A stretch of DNA of 64,000 bases. It comes from Candidatus Krumholzibacteriia bacterium (GTDB lineage Bacteria; Krumholzibacteriota; Krumholzibacteriia; WVZY01). This document shows positions 8,379-18,430 of the stretch, piece by piece. Within the stretch, counting starts at the first letter, position 1; every line of letters starts with the position of its first letter. A model generated the notes under the pieces. It was not told where the DNA came from and did no database searches. It saw only the letters and a list, made by a program, of their open reading frames with translations. Made by a program: the position numbers and the translations under genes. Location: assembly GCA_046754105.1 (NCBI GenBank), contig JBHHVD010000001.1, positions 32,001 through 96,000 on the forward strand, in the 5' to 3' direction.

Positions 8379-9713
8379 TCACTTTGCGCCGGACACCGGC
8401 AACTCCCTGCGGTCCATACCACCCGCCTCCCCGCGGCGCACGAGTATGTATTTTAACGCGATCGGGCCGATCAGCTGATTCAGCGCGACAATTGCGAGGA
8501 TGATCGTCTTCAGATCCGCTCCCCATGGAAGCCTCCGTTCGAAAACCGTCGCGATGCCGATGGCAACTCCGGCCTGCGACAGGAACCCCATCCACAAGCT
8601 GCCCGCGTACGGTCGAACCGCCCCCACGACGGCCCCGGCGAATAGTGACCCCGCGTGGAACGCCGCGGCGCGCATCAGCACCAGAATGATCGCCAGCAGC
8701 CACATCTCACGCAGGGCGCCGAGGTTGATGGAGGCACCCGAAATGGCGAAGAAGATGACGTAGACCGGTAGCGCGCTCCTTTCGAGCGCTTGAATCATGC
8801 GTTCGCCCATCACGGTGAAGTTCTGAACGATGAACCCGGCGATCATGAACGCCAGCAACGGCTCGAGATGATAATGGCGGCATACGATGCTGCCGACAAA
8901 ACCCGCCCCGAGCAGGAAGATCGGCAGCTGCCCCCTCACCCAGCGGATGTAGGCGGCCAGCGCCGAGCCAAAGACGATGCCGACACCGATCGAACCGAAC
9001 AGCTCGAACAGCAAATCCTTTGCGAACAAGAGCGAGAATCCGGCCCCAGGCACCGTCAGCGCCCTCACCGTGGGCACAACCAGCGCGGTGAGCACCAGCA
9101 CGACGATGTCGAGTATCACCGTGATGCCGATGACCATATCCGTGTATGGGCCCCGCGAACGAGTTTCCGTCACCACACCGATCGTCGTCGCCGGGGAACG
9201 AGCCGCCGTCACCACACCCAGGGCCAGCGCGGCCGCCACCAAGGCGCCGGTACCGCCGCCCGAGAGAAAGGCGATATGATCTCTGGCCGCTACGACGACG
9301 AGCAGCGCCCCCGCGAAGGAGAAAAACACCTGCCCGCCGATCACGCCGAGCAGGGACGCCTTGCCCCTCCGCAGAAAGCTCATCCTCATCTCGCCACCCG
9401 CTATGAGCGCAATGATGGCAAGCGCAACGTCGTCGAAGACCTGCAGGCGCGCGACCACTACACCCGAGAGGATGTTCATGATGTACGGCCCGCAGACAAC
9501 TCCCGCCAGTATGTAGCCCGATATCTCCGGCAGCTGCACGCCCCGCAATACCCTGGCGACGAAGAAAGCGAAAATGAGAATGAATCCCAGGCAGAAAGTG
9601 GCCTCTTCGCCGGTAACCCCGCGTCCTGCGATCGGCGTCAACACGACGACCGCCGCCAGCGCGGCGAGAACCGCGATCGGCAAGACCCTGCCCGAGCTGA
9701 TTAGTGGTTGCAT
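8379..9713 (-). CDS. Cation:proton antiporter (CPA/Na_H_Exchanger family)
   Basis: About 12-13 TM helices; LPEISGYILAGVVCGP, ARSPATT, ILDIVV, FFAISGASI, SQAGVAIG. Confidence 0.85.
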   Translation of the reverse strand: MQPLISSGRVLPIAVLAALAAVVVLTPIAGRGVTGEEATFCLGFILIFAFFVARVLRGVQLPEISGYILAGVVCGPYIMNILSGVVVARLQVFDDVALAIIALIAGGEMRMSFLRRGKASLLGVIGGQVFFSFAGALLVVVAARDHIAFLSGGGTGALVAAALALGVVTAARSPATTIGVVTETRSRGPYTDMVIGITVILDIVVLVLTALVVPTVRALTVPGAGFSLLFAKDLLFELFGSIGVGIVFGSALAAYIRWVRGQLPIFLLGAGFVGSIVCRHYHLEPLLAFMIAGFIVQNFTVMGERMIQALERSALPVYVIFFAISGASINLGALREMWLLAIILVLMRAAAFHAGSLFAGAVVGAVRPYAGSLWMGFLSQAGVAIGIATVFERRLPWGADLKTIILAIVALNQLIGPIALKYILVRRGEAGGMDRRELPVSGAK

Positions 9714-9717
9714 GTCG

Positions 9718-10956
9718 CTACCGGGTCTTTGCTTCCATCGCCCTGCGACGGGCCGTCACGTCGCCACTCGCGCGAAACGACCGCCTAGTGAGGTATACCC
9801 CGATAAACTCGTTGAGCACCGTCCCGAACGCGATCACCGCCACAGCCGTCTCGACCATGCGACCCTCCGTGCCCAGGCCGTAATCGAGCGCAACGGCGAG
9901 AGCCATTGCTCCCTGTGCGCTCAGCGCCAGCCCCGAACGCGCTTTCATGCGCGCGAACTCCGGGAATTCCGCAGATATCGCCCAGCTCGACACCGTGACT
10001 TTCAACGCCAGCCGCATGAGCACGTAGAGGGCGAGGAGCAGGACGAGCCGGGTGGAAAACGTCACCATGCCCCCGATCACGATCAGGAAGACGATGTAGA
10101 GCGTCTTTTCCATCGTCAGCAACTGTTCGAACATGCGGACTCTGCGTCGAGAAAAGTTGCCCGCGACGATACCCATGATCATCGCCGTATACAAAGCGGA
10201 CAAGCTGAGAAAATAGCAGATGCCGCCGACGAAGATGACCGTCCCCATGATGACGAGCATCCTCTCGTCCCTCGTCACCCGTTGCATGGTGAGCAGGACC
10301 AGGATGAATCCCATCACCACTCCCACCGCATTCGCGAATACCCACCACAGAAAACCGGACAGGTACCCTTCCGTCACGAAAAAGCCCGGGTGTACGATCG
10401 TAAAGAAGAGGCCGAAGCCAAAGAGCGGTATCACGGCACTCAGCGAGGTGGTCATCTTGACGGTGCTCGTGAATCTTCCCCGCGAAGGCAACATGTGCGA
10501 CAGGGCGGTGACGATCGTGGGCGAACTGATCGCGGCCGTAATGGCAAGCACCGCCGCGCTGGAGAGAATTTCCGCCTTCGTCACATCCGGGAAGAGCACG
10601 TTCAACCGAAGAAAGAACACGATCGCGCACACGGCGCTGATAACGAGACCATCTACAAGCAAGATCCGGAACGTGCTCTTCGGCACCCGTCGAATCTGAC
10701 GCCAATTGAGCTGCATTCCAAAGAGAAGCCCCGCCCACCCCAGCGCGAGATAGACGAGGGGGGTCAGGTCGTCGAGAACCCGGTGGGAGATCAGGTTGAG
10801 AAACCGCGGACCCAGGAGGATACCGAGAAAAAAATACTCTACGCCGGTGAGGAACAGTATCTTGATGGACAGCCGCGGCCTGGTCCTCGTCAGTAGTCCT
10901 TGAGAGGCGACGAACCCAATGACCACACAGAGGGCGAGTGCCAGGATTGTCTTCAT
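9718..10956 (-). CDS. Second cation:proton antiporter-family membrane protein
   Basis: Multi-TM; YFFLGILLGP, GLLFGMQLN, ISSPT, AQGAMALAVA. Confidence 0.75.
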   Translation of the reverse strand: MKTILALALCVVIGFVASQGLLTRTRPRLSIKILFLTGVEYFFLGILLGPRFLNLISHRVLDDLTPLVYLALGWAGLLFGMQLNWRQIRRVPKSTFRILLVDGLVISAVCAIVFFLRLNVLFPDVTKAEILSSAAVLAITAAISSPTIVTALSHMLPSRGRFTSTVKMTTSLSAVIPLFGFGLFFTIVHPGFFVTEGYLSGFLWWVFANAVGVVMGFILVLLTMQRVTRDERMLVIMGTVIFVGGICYFLSLSALYTAMIMGIVAGNFSRRRVRMFEQLLTMEKTLYIVFLIVIGGMVTFSTRLVLLLALYVLMRLALKVTVSSWAISAEFPEFARMKARSGLALSAQGAMALAVALDYGLGTEGRMVETAVAVIAFGTVLNEFIGVYLTRRSFRASGDVTARRRAMEAKTR

Positions 10957-10998
10957 GAAGCGACCATAGCAGCAACGCCCGCGTTCCGCACGGCCCGT

Positions 10999-11340
10999 TT
11001 ACTCCAGTTCGGGCATGAGACCGCGAACCTCATCCAGCTTTACGGTGAAGGCGATGCCCACGCCCGGCGCGCCCAGCGTGCCGCAAATCTCCTCGATCAT
11101 GTCCAGCGATTCCTTGACCTTTTCCGGCTCTTTTATCACGGAGAGAATCGTCTTGTTGTACGCGCTCGCCGCACTGAACAACGCCTGGAAGCCGGCGAAA
11201 ATAGGCACTTCGCTGGCAAGCAGATGACCCATGCCCAGGCTGTCGATAATCGTCGAACCCGTTATACCGACTTCGAGATAGCCTTCGAGAACCTCTTCGA
11301 GCTTTTCGGGATTGTTGCATATGAAGACGAGAAGGGTCAT
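10999..11340 (-). CDS. P-II-like signal transduction protein (non-GlnB type)
   Basis: 113 aa; PEKLEEVL..GITGSTIIDSLGMG and PGVGIAFTVKLDEVRGL match the PII fold pattern. Confidence 0.8.
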   Translation of the reverse strand: MTLLVFICNNPEKLEEVLEGYLEVGITGSTIIDSLGMGHLLASEVPIFAGFQALFSAASAYNKTILSVIKEPEKVKESLDMIEEICGTLGAPGVGIAFTVKLDEVRGLMPELE

Positions 11341-11519
11341 AAGGCAATGCCGTTTACAGCGTTAGGCCCCGACGATAGCTACCGGCGTGGCAGAAGTCAA
11401 GGCAAATGGACCCACGGTCGGCACCGGCGTGGAGATCGGCGCCGCGCGTACGGGAAACTCTAGAAGGCGCCTCTTTTTCGTGCTATTTTAGTTTTTCTCG
11501 AATCAGCGAAAGGAAGAGA

Positions 11520-14444
11520 ATGAAACGCGTTATTCCGTTGATCCTGTGCGCGTCGCTTCTGTGGCCGGTGCGCGTCGCGTCGCAAGATTATTTTCAACAG
11601 TTTGTCCATTATACGATCAAGGTGCGCCTGGACACGCAGAACCACACGCTGACGGGGACGGAGTCCATCAACTACGTCAATAACTCGCCCGATACGCTCC
11701 GCCAGTTCTATCTTCATTTGTATCCCAACGCCTATCGCTCCAAAGAATCCGCGCTCATCAAGGACGTACGGCGCGGATTCAACGGCACCCTGTTCGACCT
11801 GCCCAATAAGCATCGGAGCCATCTCGGCGTCTCCGAAGTCACCATCGGCGGGCAACCCGTTGAGGTGGAAGTCGACGACACGATCGCCCGCATGGACCTG
11901 CCCGTCCCCCTTGCACCCGGACAGTCGATGGAAGTACGCCTTCGCTTTGAGGAGAAGATCCGGCGCCACGTGGGGCGCGCGGGATACAAGGGTAAGCACT
12001 ATGATCTCGCACAGTGGTACCCCAAGGTCGTCGTCTACGACCAGAACGGTTTTCACCCGGACAAGTTCCGCGTGGGTGAATTTTACGGCGAGTTCGGCAC
12101 TTTCGACGTCCACATCGAGGTACCGGCAAACTACGTGATCGCGGCAACGGGCGTCGTCCGGGCCGGTGACCCCGGCTGGTCACTCAATCCCCCGGCCGGC
12201 GGGCGCGGCGCGGCGGGCGCAAACGACGCCGATCCTGCAACCAAGACCGTCCATTTTCATGCAGAGGACGTGCACGACTTCGCCTGGAGTGCGGATCCGG
12301 ACTTCGTCGTTCAGGACACGACCGTCGGCGATGTCGAAATCCGCAGCTTCTATCGCAAACACAACAAGGCCTGGCGTGACAGCACGCTGGCACACGGCGT
12401 GAGGGCGATCGAATGGCTGTCGGAAAAGGTCGGGCTCTATCCCTACCCGCAGGTGAGCGTTGTCGACGCGCTGCTGCGGGGCGGCATGGAGTACCCCATG
12501 CTCGTGATGAACGGGAGGGTCAGCGAAGGGCTCGTCCTGCACGAGGTCGGGCATATCTATTTCTTCGGTATCTTCGGCAACGACGAGCGAGAGGAAGCGT
12601 GGCTCGACGAAGGATTCACGACGTTTCAGACCAGTTGGTACATGCAAGATCGTTACGGCCCCTACGGACCGACGCGTGAATGGAACTGGTACGATCGCCT
12701 CACGCCCCAGTTTACCGAACGGGGCCGGCTGCACGATCGCGTCTTTCCGCTTCTCAGATTGGGCTACGGCGAACGTGTGTCAACGCGCGCGGAGGATTTC
12801 GAGCACGACTATTACACGATGGTCTATCGCAAGGCCGCGTTGATGTTTTTTGCGCTGCGCTACGTGGTCGGCGAGGAGACAATGGAGCGCATTCTCAAGA
12901 AGTACTTCGAGGAATGGAAGCTGAAGCACGTCAACGAGGAAAGATTTCGCAAGGTGTGCGAGGAGGTAAGCGGGCAGGATCTCGGGTGGTTTTTCGAAGA
13001 GTGGCTGCACACGAAGAAACTGTGCGACTACCGGCTGGCGGAAATGAAGTCGAGCGCCAGCGAGCGCGGCGACTCCTATACGACCCGCGTCAAGATCGAG
13101 AGGCTTGGAGAGATCATTATGCCGCTGGCGGTGGAGTTTACCTTCGCAGACGGCTCCACACAGACGGTGAGCGTTGACGGACGGCCCCGGACCATCAACA
13201 AGTCGTATAGTTTTCCGGAGAAAGCCGTCCGGGCGGCGATCAACCCCGCCAACGAAATAGCGGACATGAGCCCGTGGGACAACTTTGTGCCGCGGCGTCG
13301 GGCGCTGAGCGTCGACTGGCCGAACAACCATTACTACCGGGAGGATGCTTACCAGATCCGCTATCGCCCCGCGGGCTGGTACAACGACATCGACGGGGGC
13401 AAGGCGGGCCTGCACCTGAGCGGCAGTTACGCGAACTGGTTCCGGCGGCTGAAGCTCGGGCTCTACTGGGGATTCAAGAGCGAGCGGCTCGATTTCTCGG
13501 CATCTTACCTGAAGCCGGTTCGGATCCTGGGCGCAAACGGCGGGCTCGGGTTGTCCGGATACAAGATGGAGGGGCGTAACGATTTCACGTTCCGCATGAA
13601 CCTGAGGAAACGAAAGCAGCTGATCCACCCACCCACGAAGGAGTTCGTGTTCGGGGTGAATTATCACGAGCTCACCAACACGCGATTCGTTTCCAACCCG
13701 GAAACCTACGAGAAGGGATCCGAGGTCGCCCCGTTTTTTGGACTCTCACTGGACCCGCAGTACGACGTGATGAGCACGAAATTCAACGTGGGGGTCAGAT
13801 TCGGGCGGGAATGGTTCGGCGGCGATTTCAAGTACACTGCGCTGACCGCCTCCGCGGTGTTCAAGACCCGGACGTCGATCGTGCCGTTCGACGGCCGGCT
13901 GCGGTTGTTCGCCGGCAGCGTCAGCGGCAGCGTGCCGTTCCAGGAGAAACTTTCCCTGGCAGGGGGCGGCCCCCTGGCCGAGGAAAGGCGGTTTTTCCTG
14001 CGCAGCCCGGGCGCTATCTGGGACGAAGCGAACTATCACGAGCCGGGCCACGGCAACCTCCGGGGCTACCGCGAGGGCACATTCGGAGTCAACAAGCTGG
14101 TGGCGCTGAACCTCGAGGTGGGACGCTCGCTTCCCCTTCTATCCGGCGCGGCCGACAAGCTGCTCGGCGCCGTCAAAGCGTACGCGTTTCTGGACATGGG
14201 CGCCACGGCGGACAGCGACAACCCTATCCTCAGCAGCCAGCGCGTGCAGGTGCTGGTGGACGGCGGCCTCCTGGACGAAGCGCTGGTGGACGCCGGGATC
14301 GGCTTTACTTTCCACAGAGTTTTTCCGTTTTACGACGCTTTTGTGCGCTTCGACATTCCCTTTTACGTGAACAACCCGCAGCTCAACGGCGAGAGCAAAG
14401 AGACCGAGTACCGGTACGTGCTGAGTCTGACATCGACGTTCTGA
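11520..14444 (+). CDS. M1 family zinc aminopeptidase fused to a C-terminal outer-membrane beta-barrel
   Basis: Start MKRVIPL with signal peptide; GGMEYP; HEVGH..WLDEG; YRKAA. C-terminal amphipathic strands with NLRGY, DAGIGF, RFDIPF and a terminal Phe. Confidence 0.9.
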   Translation: MKRVIPLILCASLLWPVRVASQDYFQQFVHYTIKVRLDTQNHTLTGTESINYVNNSPDTLRQFYLHLYPNAYRSKESALIKDVRRGFNGTLFDLPNKHRSHLGVSEVTIGGQPVEVEVDDTIARMDLPVPLAPGQSMEVRLRFEEKIRRHVGRAGYKGKHYDLAQWYPKVVVYDQNGFHPDKFRVGEFYGEFGTFDVHIEVPANYVIAATGVVRAGDPGWSLNPPAGGRGAAGANDADPATKTVHFHAEDVHDFAWSADPDFVVQDTTVGDVEIRSFYRKHNKAWRDSTLAHGVRAIEWLSEKVGLYPYPQVSVVDALLRGGMEYPMLVMNGRVSEGLVLHEVGHIYFFGIFGNDEREEAWLDEGFTTFQTSWYMQDRYGPYGPTREWNWYDRLTPQFTERGRLHDRVFPLLRLGYGERVSTRAEDFEHDYYTMVYRKAALMFFALRYVVGEETMERILKKYFEEWKLKHVNEERFRKVCEEVSGQDLGWFFEEWLHTKKLCDYRLAEMKSSASERGDSYTTRVKIERLGEIIMPLAVEFTFADGSTQTVSVDGRPRTINKSYSFPEKAVRAAINPANEIADMSPWDNFVPRRRALSVDWPNNHYYREDAYQIRYRPAGWYNDIDGGKAGLHLSGSYANWFRRLKLGLYWGFKSERLDFSASYLKPVRILGANGGLGLSGYKMEGRNDFTFRMNLRKRKQLIHPPTKEFVFGVNYHELTNTRFVSNPETYEKGSEVAPFFGLSLDPQYDVMSTKFNVGVRFGREWFGGDFKYTALTASAVFKTRTSIVPFDGRLRLFAGSVSGSVPFQEKLSLAGGGPLAEERRFFLRSPGAIWDEANYHEPGHGNLRGYREGTFGVNKLVALNLEVGRSLPLLSGAADKLLGAVKAYAFLDMGATADSDNPILSSQRVQVLVDGGLLDEALVDAGIGFTFHRVFPFYDAFVRFDIPFYVNNPQLNGESKETEYRYVLSLTSTF

Positions 14445-14448
14445 GCAC

Positions 14449-15549
14449 CTACGCGAGGATTTCCTTGACCGAGGACGTCACGGCGTCAACCATCTCGTCG
14501 GTTAACTCGGGATACATCGGCAGTGAGAGGATTTCATCGGAGGCTTGTTCCGCCACCGGAAAGTCGCCGCGCTCGAGTCCGAGGTGTTTGTAGGCCTCCT
14601 GAAGGTGGAGCGGCAACGGGTAGTGAATCCCGCACGCGATGTGCCGCACTTCCAGTTGCGTCAACAGTTTTTCCCTCTCCGGGGTCCGAACCACGTACAA
14701 ATGGTAGACGTGACGGCAGTCCGGCGCTTCCCGTACCGGGCGGACCGGACCCTCGGCAAACGCTTCGTCGTACCGCTTCGCGCGGCTCCGCCGCAACTCG
14801 GTCCATTCGTCGAGGTGCCGCAGCTTGACGTCGAGGATTGCCGCCTGCAACGTGTCGAGACGATAGTTGAACCCTTCGCTGCGGTGGTTGTACTTGCCGT
14901 CGCGGCCGTGGTCGATGAGCATTCTCACGCGCGCCGCGAGCGTCTCGTCATCGGTTACCACCATACCGGCGTCACCGTAGGCCCCAAGATTCTTGCCCGG
15001 ATAGAAGCTGTAGCACGAAACCTTGCCGTGGATCCCCCGGCGGCTTCCCTTGAATTCCGCGCCGTGTGCCTGGGCCGCGTCCGAGACAATCGTGATTCCG
15101 TGCCGGTCGGCAACGGCGTGCAGCGCCTCCATGTCCGCGCTCTGCCCGTAGAGATGAACGGGAATAATGGCCCGGGTGCGCGGCGTGATCGCCTCCTCCA
15201 CTTTTTGCGGATCGATGTTCAGCGTGTCCGGCAGGACGTCGACCAGCACCGGCGCAGCCCCACTGTGACTAATGGCGGCTGTTGTCGCGATAAACGTGTT
15301 GCAGGCCGTAATCACCTCGTCTCCGCGCCCGATGCCGAGCGCCTCCAGCGCTACGTGCAGCGCGGTCGTGCCGCTGCTCGTCCCTACCCCGAAGCCCGCT
15401 CCCACGTAGTGCGCGAAAGCGCTCTCGAACTCCTGGAGTTTCTCGCCGCCAACGAACCGCGTCGTTTCGAGGATCCTGCCTATCGCGGGGTCAATCTCGC
15501 CCCGGATGCTCTCGTACTGTGCCTTCAAGTCGACAAAGGGAATCTTCAT
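14449..15549 (-). CDS. DegT/DnrJ/EryC1/StrS family PLP aminotransferase
   Basis: IPFVDLKAQY, SSGTTALH, VHLYGQ, DAAQAHGA, SFYPGKNLGAYGDAG. Confidence 0.95.
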   Translation of the reverse strand: MKIPFVDLKAQYESIRGEIDPAIGRILETTRFVGGEKLQEFESAFAHYVGAGFGVGTSSGTTALHVALEALGIGRGDEVITACNTFIATTAAISHSGAAPVLVDVLPDTLNIDPQKVEEAITPRTRAIIPVHLYGQSADMEALHAVADRHGITIVSDAAQAHGAEFKGSRRGIHGKVSCYSFYPGKNLGAYGDAGMVVTDDETLAARVRMLIDHGRDGKYNHRSEGFNYRLDTLQAAILDVKLRHLDEWTELRRSRAKRYDEAFAEGPVRPVREAPDCRHVYHLYVVRTPEREKLLTQLEVRHIACGIHYPLPLHLQEAYKHLGLERGDFPVAEQASDEILSLPMYPELTDEMVDAVTSSVKEILA

Positions 15550-15662
15550 ATGTGGAATTAGCCTCTCGATGGGTCTGCGGGTCGCCGATATCGCCTGATA
15601 ATCCTACCATATCGAGTACCTGCGGGCAACACGCTCGCGCGTGGCGGCGGCGGTGGATTCAA

Positions 15663-15692
15663 TTGACATGCCCGGCATCGGGCCGATACACT
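15663..15692 (+). promoter_or_regulatory. Sigma-70-type promoter
   Basis: TTGACA-N18-TACACT upstream of the GGGAG RBS and ATG 15711. Confidence 0.55.
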
Positions 15693-15710
15693 TTCAGTAA
15701 AGGGAGTTGA

Positions 15711-16937
15711 ATGACACCGGAACGGCGCACAATTCTGGTTCTGTTTGCGATAGCCCTTGGCCTGCGTGTCCTGTACGCCGCGTTCGCCAGCACCCAGCCC
15801 GACATCATCACGGGCGCCGTCACCGGCGATCTCCTCTACGCCCGGGAAATCGTCGCGGGGCTCGACTGGATCAAGACTCCATACTCCCCGCTGGCCCCGG
15901 GTTACCCGGCGTTGCTAGCCATTCTTTACCTCCTGGCGTTCAAGCAACTGTGGCTGGTGCTGTTCTACCAGTCCGCCCTCGGTGCGGCGACCGTCCTGGT
16001 GCTCCATCGCATGGGGGTCGATCTTCTAGGCAAGACCATGGGCCTGGTGGCGGCAGTGTGGTTCGCCGGCGCCGTTCTCCATATGCAGTACACCAGTCTT
16101 TTCACGCGTGACGCTCTCGCCGTTTTCCTGCTGCTGCTGCTGCTATTCTTCGTTATCAGACCCCTGCGGAGAATGCGCTTCGGGCTCTTCACCGGCATCG
16201 TCTACGCGGCGTTGGTACATGTCGATCCTCAGTTCGTGCTGCTCTTTCCCCTTCTTGCCGTATTCATTCTTTTTTTCAAGAGCCGGCACAACATTCTGAA
16301 CCTGCAGTATTTCTTCTTGTTCACCGCCGCGGTGTTCCTGGTGTCCGTCCCGTGGGCCGTTCGCAACCAGGTCGTTTACCGGCAGGCCGTGCCCATAGCA
16401 TTGGAAGCTTCGAAATACTTTCGTCCGTTCAAGGTGTTTACAACCGAAGCGGACAAAACGGTGTCTCAAATCGAGAGGAAAATCAGCAGTGCGTCGCGCA
16501 GCCGCCGCGTCCAGACCAACACGACGGAGTTCTGGCGAGTCACAAGAACCGGTGAATCATCCGTTACGCCCACAGGCGACCGGCCGCCGGCCGAACCCGC
16601 CTGGTCGCTGCGACACAACCTGATCAGCGCGGTGAGTTACGGCCTGTTGCTACCGTTTTTCCTGCTTGGAATCATTCTGGCGGTACGGACGAGGAATCGC
16701 ACGGCGTTGATGATCGTGGCAACGGCGTTGTACTACTTCCTGATGAGAGCCTACCTGGGCGGGAGCGAACGAGCTCGTCTCGTCGCCGATCCGTTGATCG
16801 TGCTGGTCGCTTTCTACGGGGTGCTCTTCGTAACGCGCAGGATGTTTTCTTTTCCACGCCCGGACGGCGAACGCGGTCAACAATCCTCACGGAGGTCGCG
16901 GCCGGTTATTTCGGGGGGCACGTCGACGCCCATGTAG
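15711..16937 (+). CDS. GT-C fold membrane glycosyltransferase (ArnT/PMT, GT39-like)
   Basis: IALGLRV..GD..Y, APGYPALLA, PWAVRN, ERARL; about 10 TM helices. Confidence 0.75.
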   Translation: MTPERRTILVLFAIALGLRVLYAAFASTQPDIITGAVTGDLLYAREIVAGLDWIKTPYSPLAPGYPALLAILYLLAFKQLWLVLFYQSALGAATVLVLHRMGVDLLGKTMGLVAAVWFAGAVLHMQYTSLFTRDALAVFLLLLLLFFVIRPLRRMRFGLFTGIVYAALVHVDPQFVLLFPLLAVFILFFKSRHNILNLQYFFLFTAAVFLVSVPWAVRNQVVYRQAVPIALEASKYFRPFKVFTTEADKTVSQIERKISSASRSRRVQTNTTEFWRVTRTGESSVTPTGDRPPAEPAWSLRHNLISAVSYGLLLPFFLLGIILAVRTRNRTALMIVATALYYFLMRAYLGGSERARLVADPLIVLVAFYGVLFVTRRMFSFPRPDGERGQQSSRRSRPVISGGTSTPM

Positions 16938-18430
16938 TGGCACATGGTCGGCGCGATTTCCTTCAGAGATCCCCCCTCGATCAGGTTGCCGTCGTACCGC
17001 TCATCGACCAGAATGCAGGGTACCGGGTTGGTGGTGTGCGCCGTGTGCGGCCCGCCCGTCTCGGGGTCGATCATCAACTCCGCGTTGCCGTGGTCCGCGG
17101 TCACGATCGCGGCGTCCCGCCCGGGGTCCAGCGCTTCGATCACCCGCCCGACACAGGTATCCACCGTCTCCACCGCCTCGATCGCCGCTTCGAGCACTCC
17201 GGTGTGGCCGACCATGTCGGGATTGGCGAAGTTACATACAACGTAGTCGTGGCGATTCTCCCCCAGTGTCTGGATCAGGGCCTCGGTGACCCCGAGGGCG
17301 CTCATGGCCGGTTGCAGGTCGTACGTCGCCACGCTGGGAGACGGCACCAGGATCCGGTCCTCACCCTCGAACGGCTCTTCAACACCCCCGTTGAAGAAAT
17401 AGGTGACGTGCGCGTATTTTTCCGTCTCAGCCAGACGGAATCCCGTGCGGCCCGCCGCCGCCGCCACCGCGCCGAGGATGTTTTTCATTCCGGCGCGTGG
17501 GAACGCGACGGGCAGTTTGAAGCGCTTATCGTAGGCGGTCATACAGACGAAATCGACCTCAGGCCTGGCCTCGCGCGTGAACCCGGTGAAGCCGGCCTCG
17601 GTGAAGGCCGCCGTCAATTGCCGTGCGCGGTCGGCGCGAAAGTTGAAGAAGATGATCGAGTCGCCGTCGCGAACGGTGCCAACCGGTTTGCCCTTGCCGT
17701 CGGTTACGACTATGGGCTCGACGAATTCATCGGTGACGTCCCTGTCGTAGGATTCCCGCAACGCCCCCTGGTAGTCGGTGACGCGCCGACCCCGGCCGGC
17801 GGTAAGCGCGTCGTAGCCTTTCTGGACCCGGTCCCAGCGTTTGTCCCGGTCCATGCAGTAGTAGCGCCCGCACACCGTCGCCACCCGGCCGAGTCGTGCC
17901 GCATCGAGTTCGTCCTGCAAATCGGAGAGATACCGCGTTCCGGCGGTCGGCGAGGTGTCACGGCCATCGAGAAACGCGTGTACGCAAACGTCTCGTACGC
18001 CTCGGCGGCGGGCCATCTCCAGGAGCGCGTAGAGATGCTCCCGGGTGCTGTGTACGCCGCCGGTCGACAACAGGCCCATCAAGTGCAGGGTGCCGCGGTC
18101 CCCGACCGCGTCGCAGGCGCCGGTCAGCGCGCCGTTCTCGAAGAACTCACCGCTCTCGATCGCCCTGGATATCCGCATGATGTCCTGGTAAACCACGCGG
18201 CCGGCGCCGAGGTTGAGGTGGCCGACCTCGCTGTTTCCCATCTGGCCCGCGGGCAGACCTACTTCGGTACCCGACGGATCCAGCGTCGTGTGCGGATACC
18301 GATTCCACAGGCCGTCGACGATCGGTGTTGCGGCCTGCGCCACGGCGTTCGCTTGCCCGTCGGCCCTGAGGCCCCATCCGTCCATGATCAGTAGCACGAT
18401 TCGTCGCTTCACTCTTTCCACCTTCTTCAC
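16877..18430 (-). CDS. gpmI: 2,3-bisphosphoglycerate-independent phosphoglycerate mutase
   Basis: LIMDGWG, GQMGNSEVGH, FLDGRD, NFRADRARQ, AETEKYAHVT, NPDMVGHTG, TADHGN. Confidence 0.97.
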   Translation of the reverse strand: MKKVERVKRRIVLLIMDGWGLRADGQANAVAQAATPIVDGLWNRYPHTTLDPSGTEVGLPAGQMGNSEVGHLNLGAGRVVYQDIMRISRAIESGEFFENGALTGACDAVGDRGTLHLMGLLSTGGVHSTREHLYALLEMARRRGVRDVCVHAFLDGRDTSPTAGTRYLSDLQDELDAARLGRVATVCGRYYCMDRDKRWDRVQKGYDALTAGRGRRVTDYQGALRESYDRDVTDEFVEPIVVTDGKGKPVGTVRDGDSIIFFNFRADRARQLTAAFTEAGFTGFTREARPEVDFVCMTAYDKRFKLPVAFPRAGMKNILGAVAAAAGRTGFRLAETEKYAHVTYFFNGGVEEPFEGEDRILVPSPSVATYDLQPAMSALGVTEALIQTLGENRHDYVVCNFANPDMVGHTGVLEAAIEAVETVDTCVGRVIEALDPGRDAAIVTADHGNAELMIDPETGGPHTAHTTNPVPCILVDERYDGNLIEGGSLKEIAPTMCHYMGVDVPPEITGRDLREDC

